A program made the position numbers and the translations under genes. This document shows positions 32,116-32,146 of a stretch of 32,146 nt of DNA, one piece after another. Location: positions 30,815,424 through 30,847,569 of the forward strand of contig NC_069002.1 of the NCBI RefSeq assembly GCF_001194135.2, read 5' to 3'. How positions within the stretch are numbered: the first letter of the stretch is position 1; each line of letters opens with the position of its first letter. This DNA comes from Octopus bimaculoides. Its lineage: Eukaryota. Under the pieces are notes generated by a model. The model ran no database searches. It was given only the letters and a program-made list of their open reading frames with translations, and was not told where the DNA came from.

Positions 32116-32146
32116 ATATATGTATATATATATGTATTATATATAT

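Overview
Repeat-saturated, AT-rich eukaryotic draft-assembly DNA with six N gaps. The microsatellite load and repeat families suggest a coleoid cephalopod, most likely Octopus (inference from recall, not a database search). No intact protein-coding gene can be supported: almost every ORF in the track is a microsatellite or triplet-repeat artefact or a transposon remnant. Retroelements: about 25 copies or fragments of several modular tRNA-derived SINE families (working labels A, B, C, D, E), at least 7 RTE-clade LINE fragments (one with a 5'-inversion geometry), an R4/Dong-like LINE end in (TAA)n, and an AT-rich, possibly Penelope-like repeat carrying a minimal hammerhead-ribozyme-like motif. 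DNA transposons: a decayed Merlin (IS1595/ISXO2-like) element with long degenerate inverted repeats and two nested insertions, a deleted Tc1/mariner (maT-like) element, and hAT-, Tigger- and piggyBac-like MITEs. A few low-confidence exon and regulatory candidates (X-box pair, YY1-like site, CpG-enriched patch) occur in the unique DNA. All family names need Dfam/Repbase confirmation.
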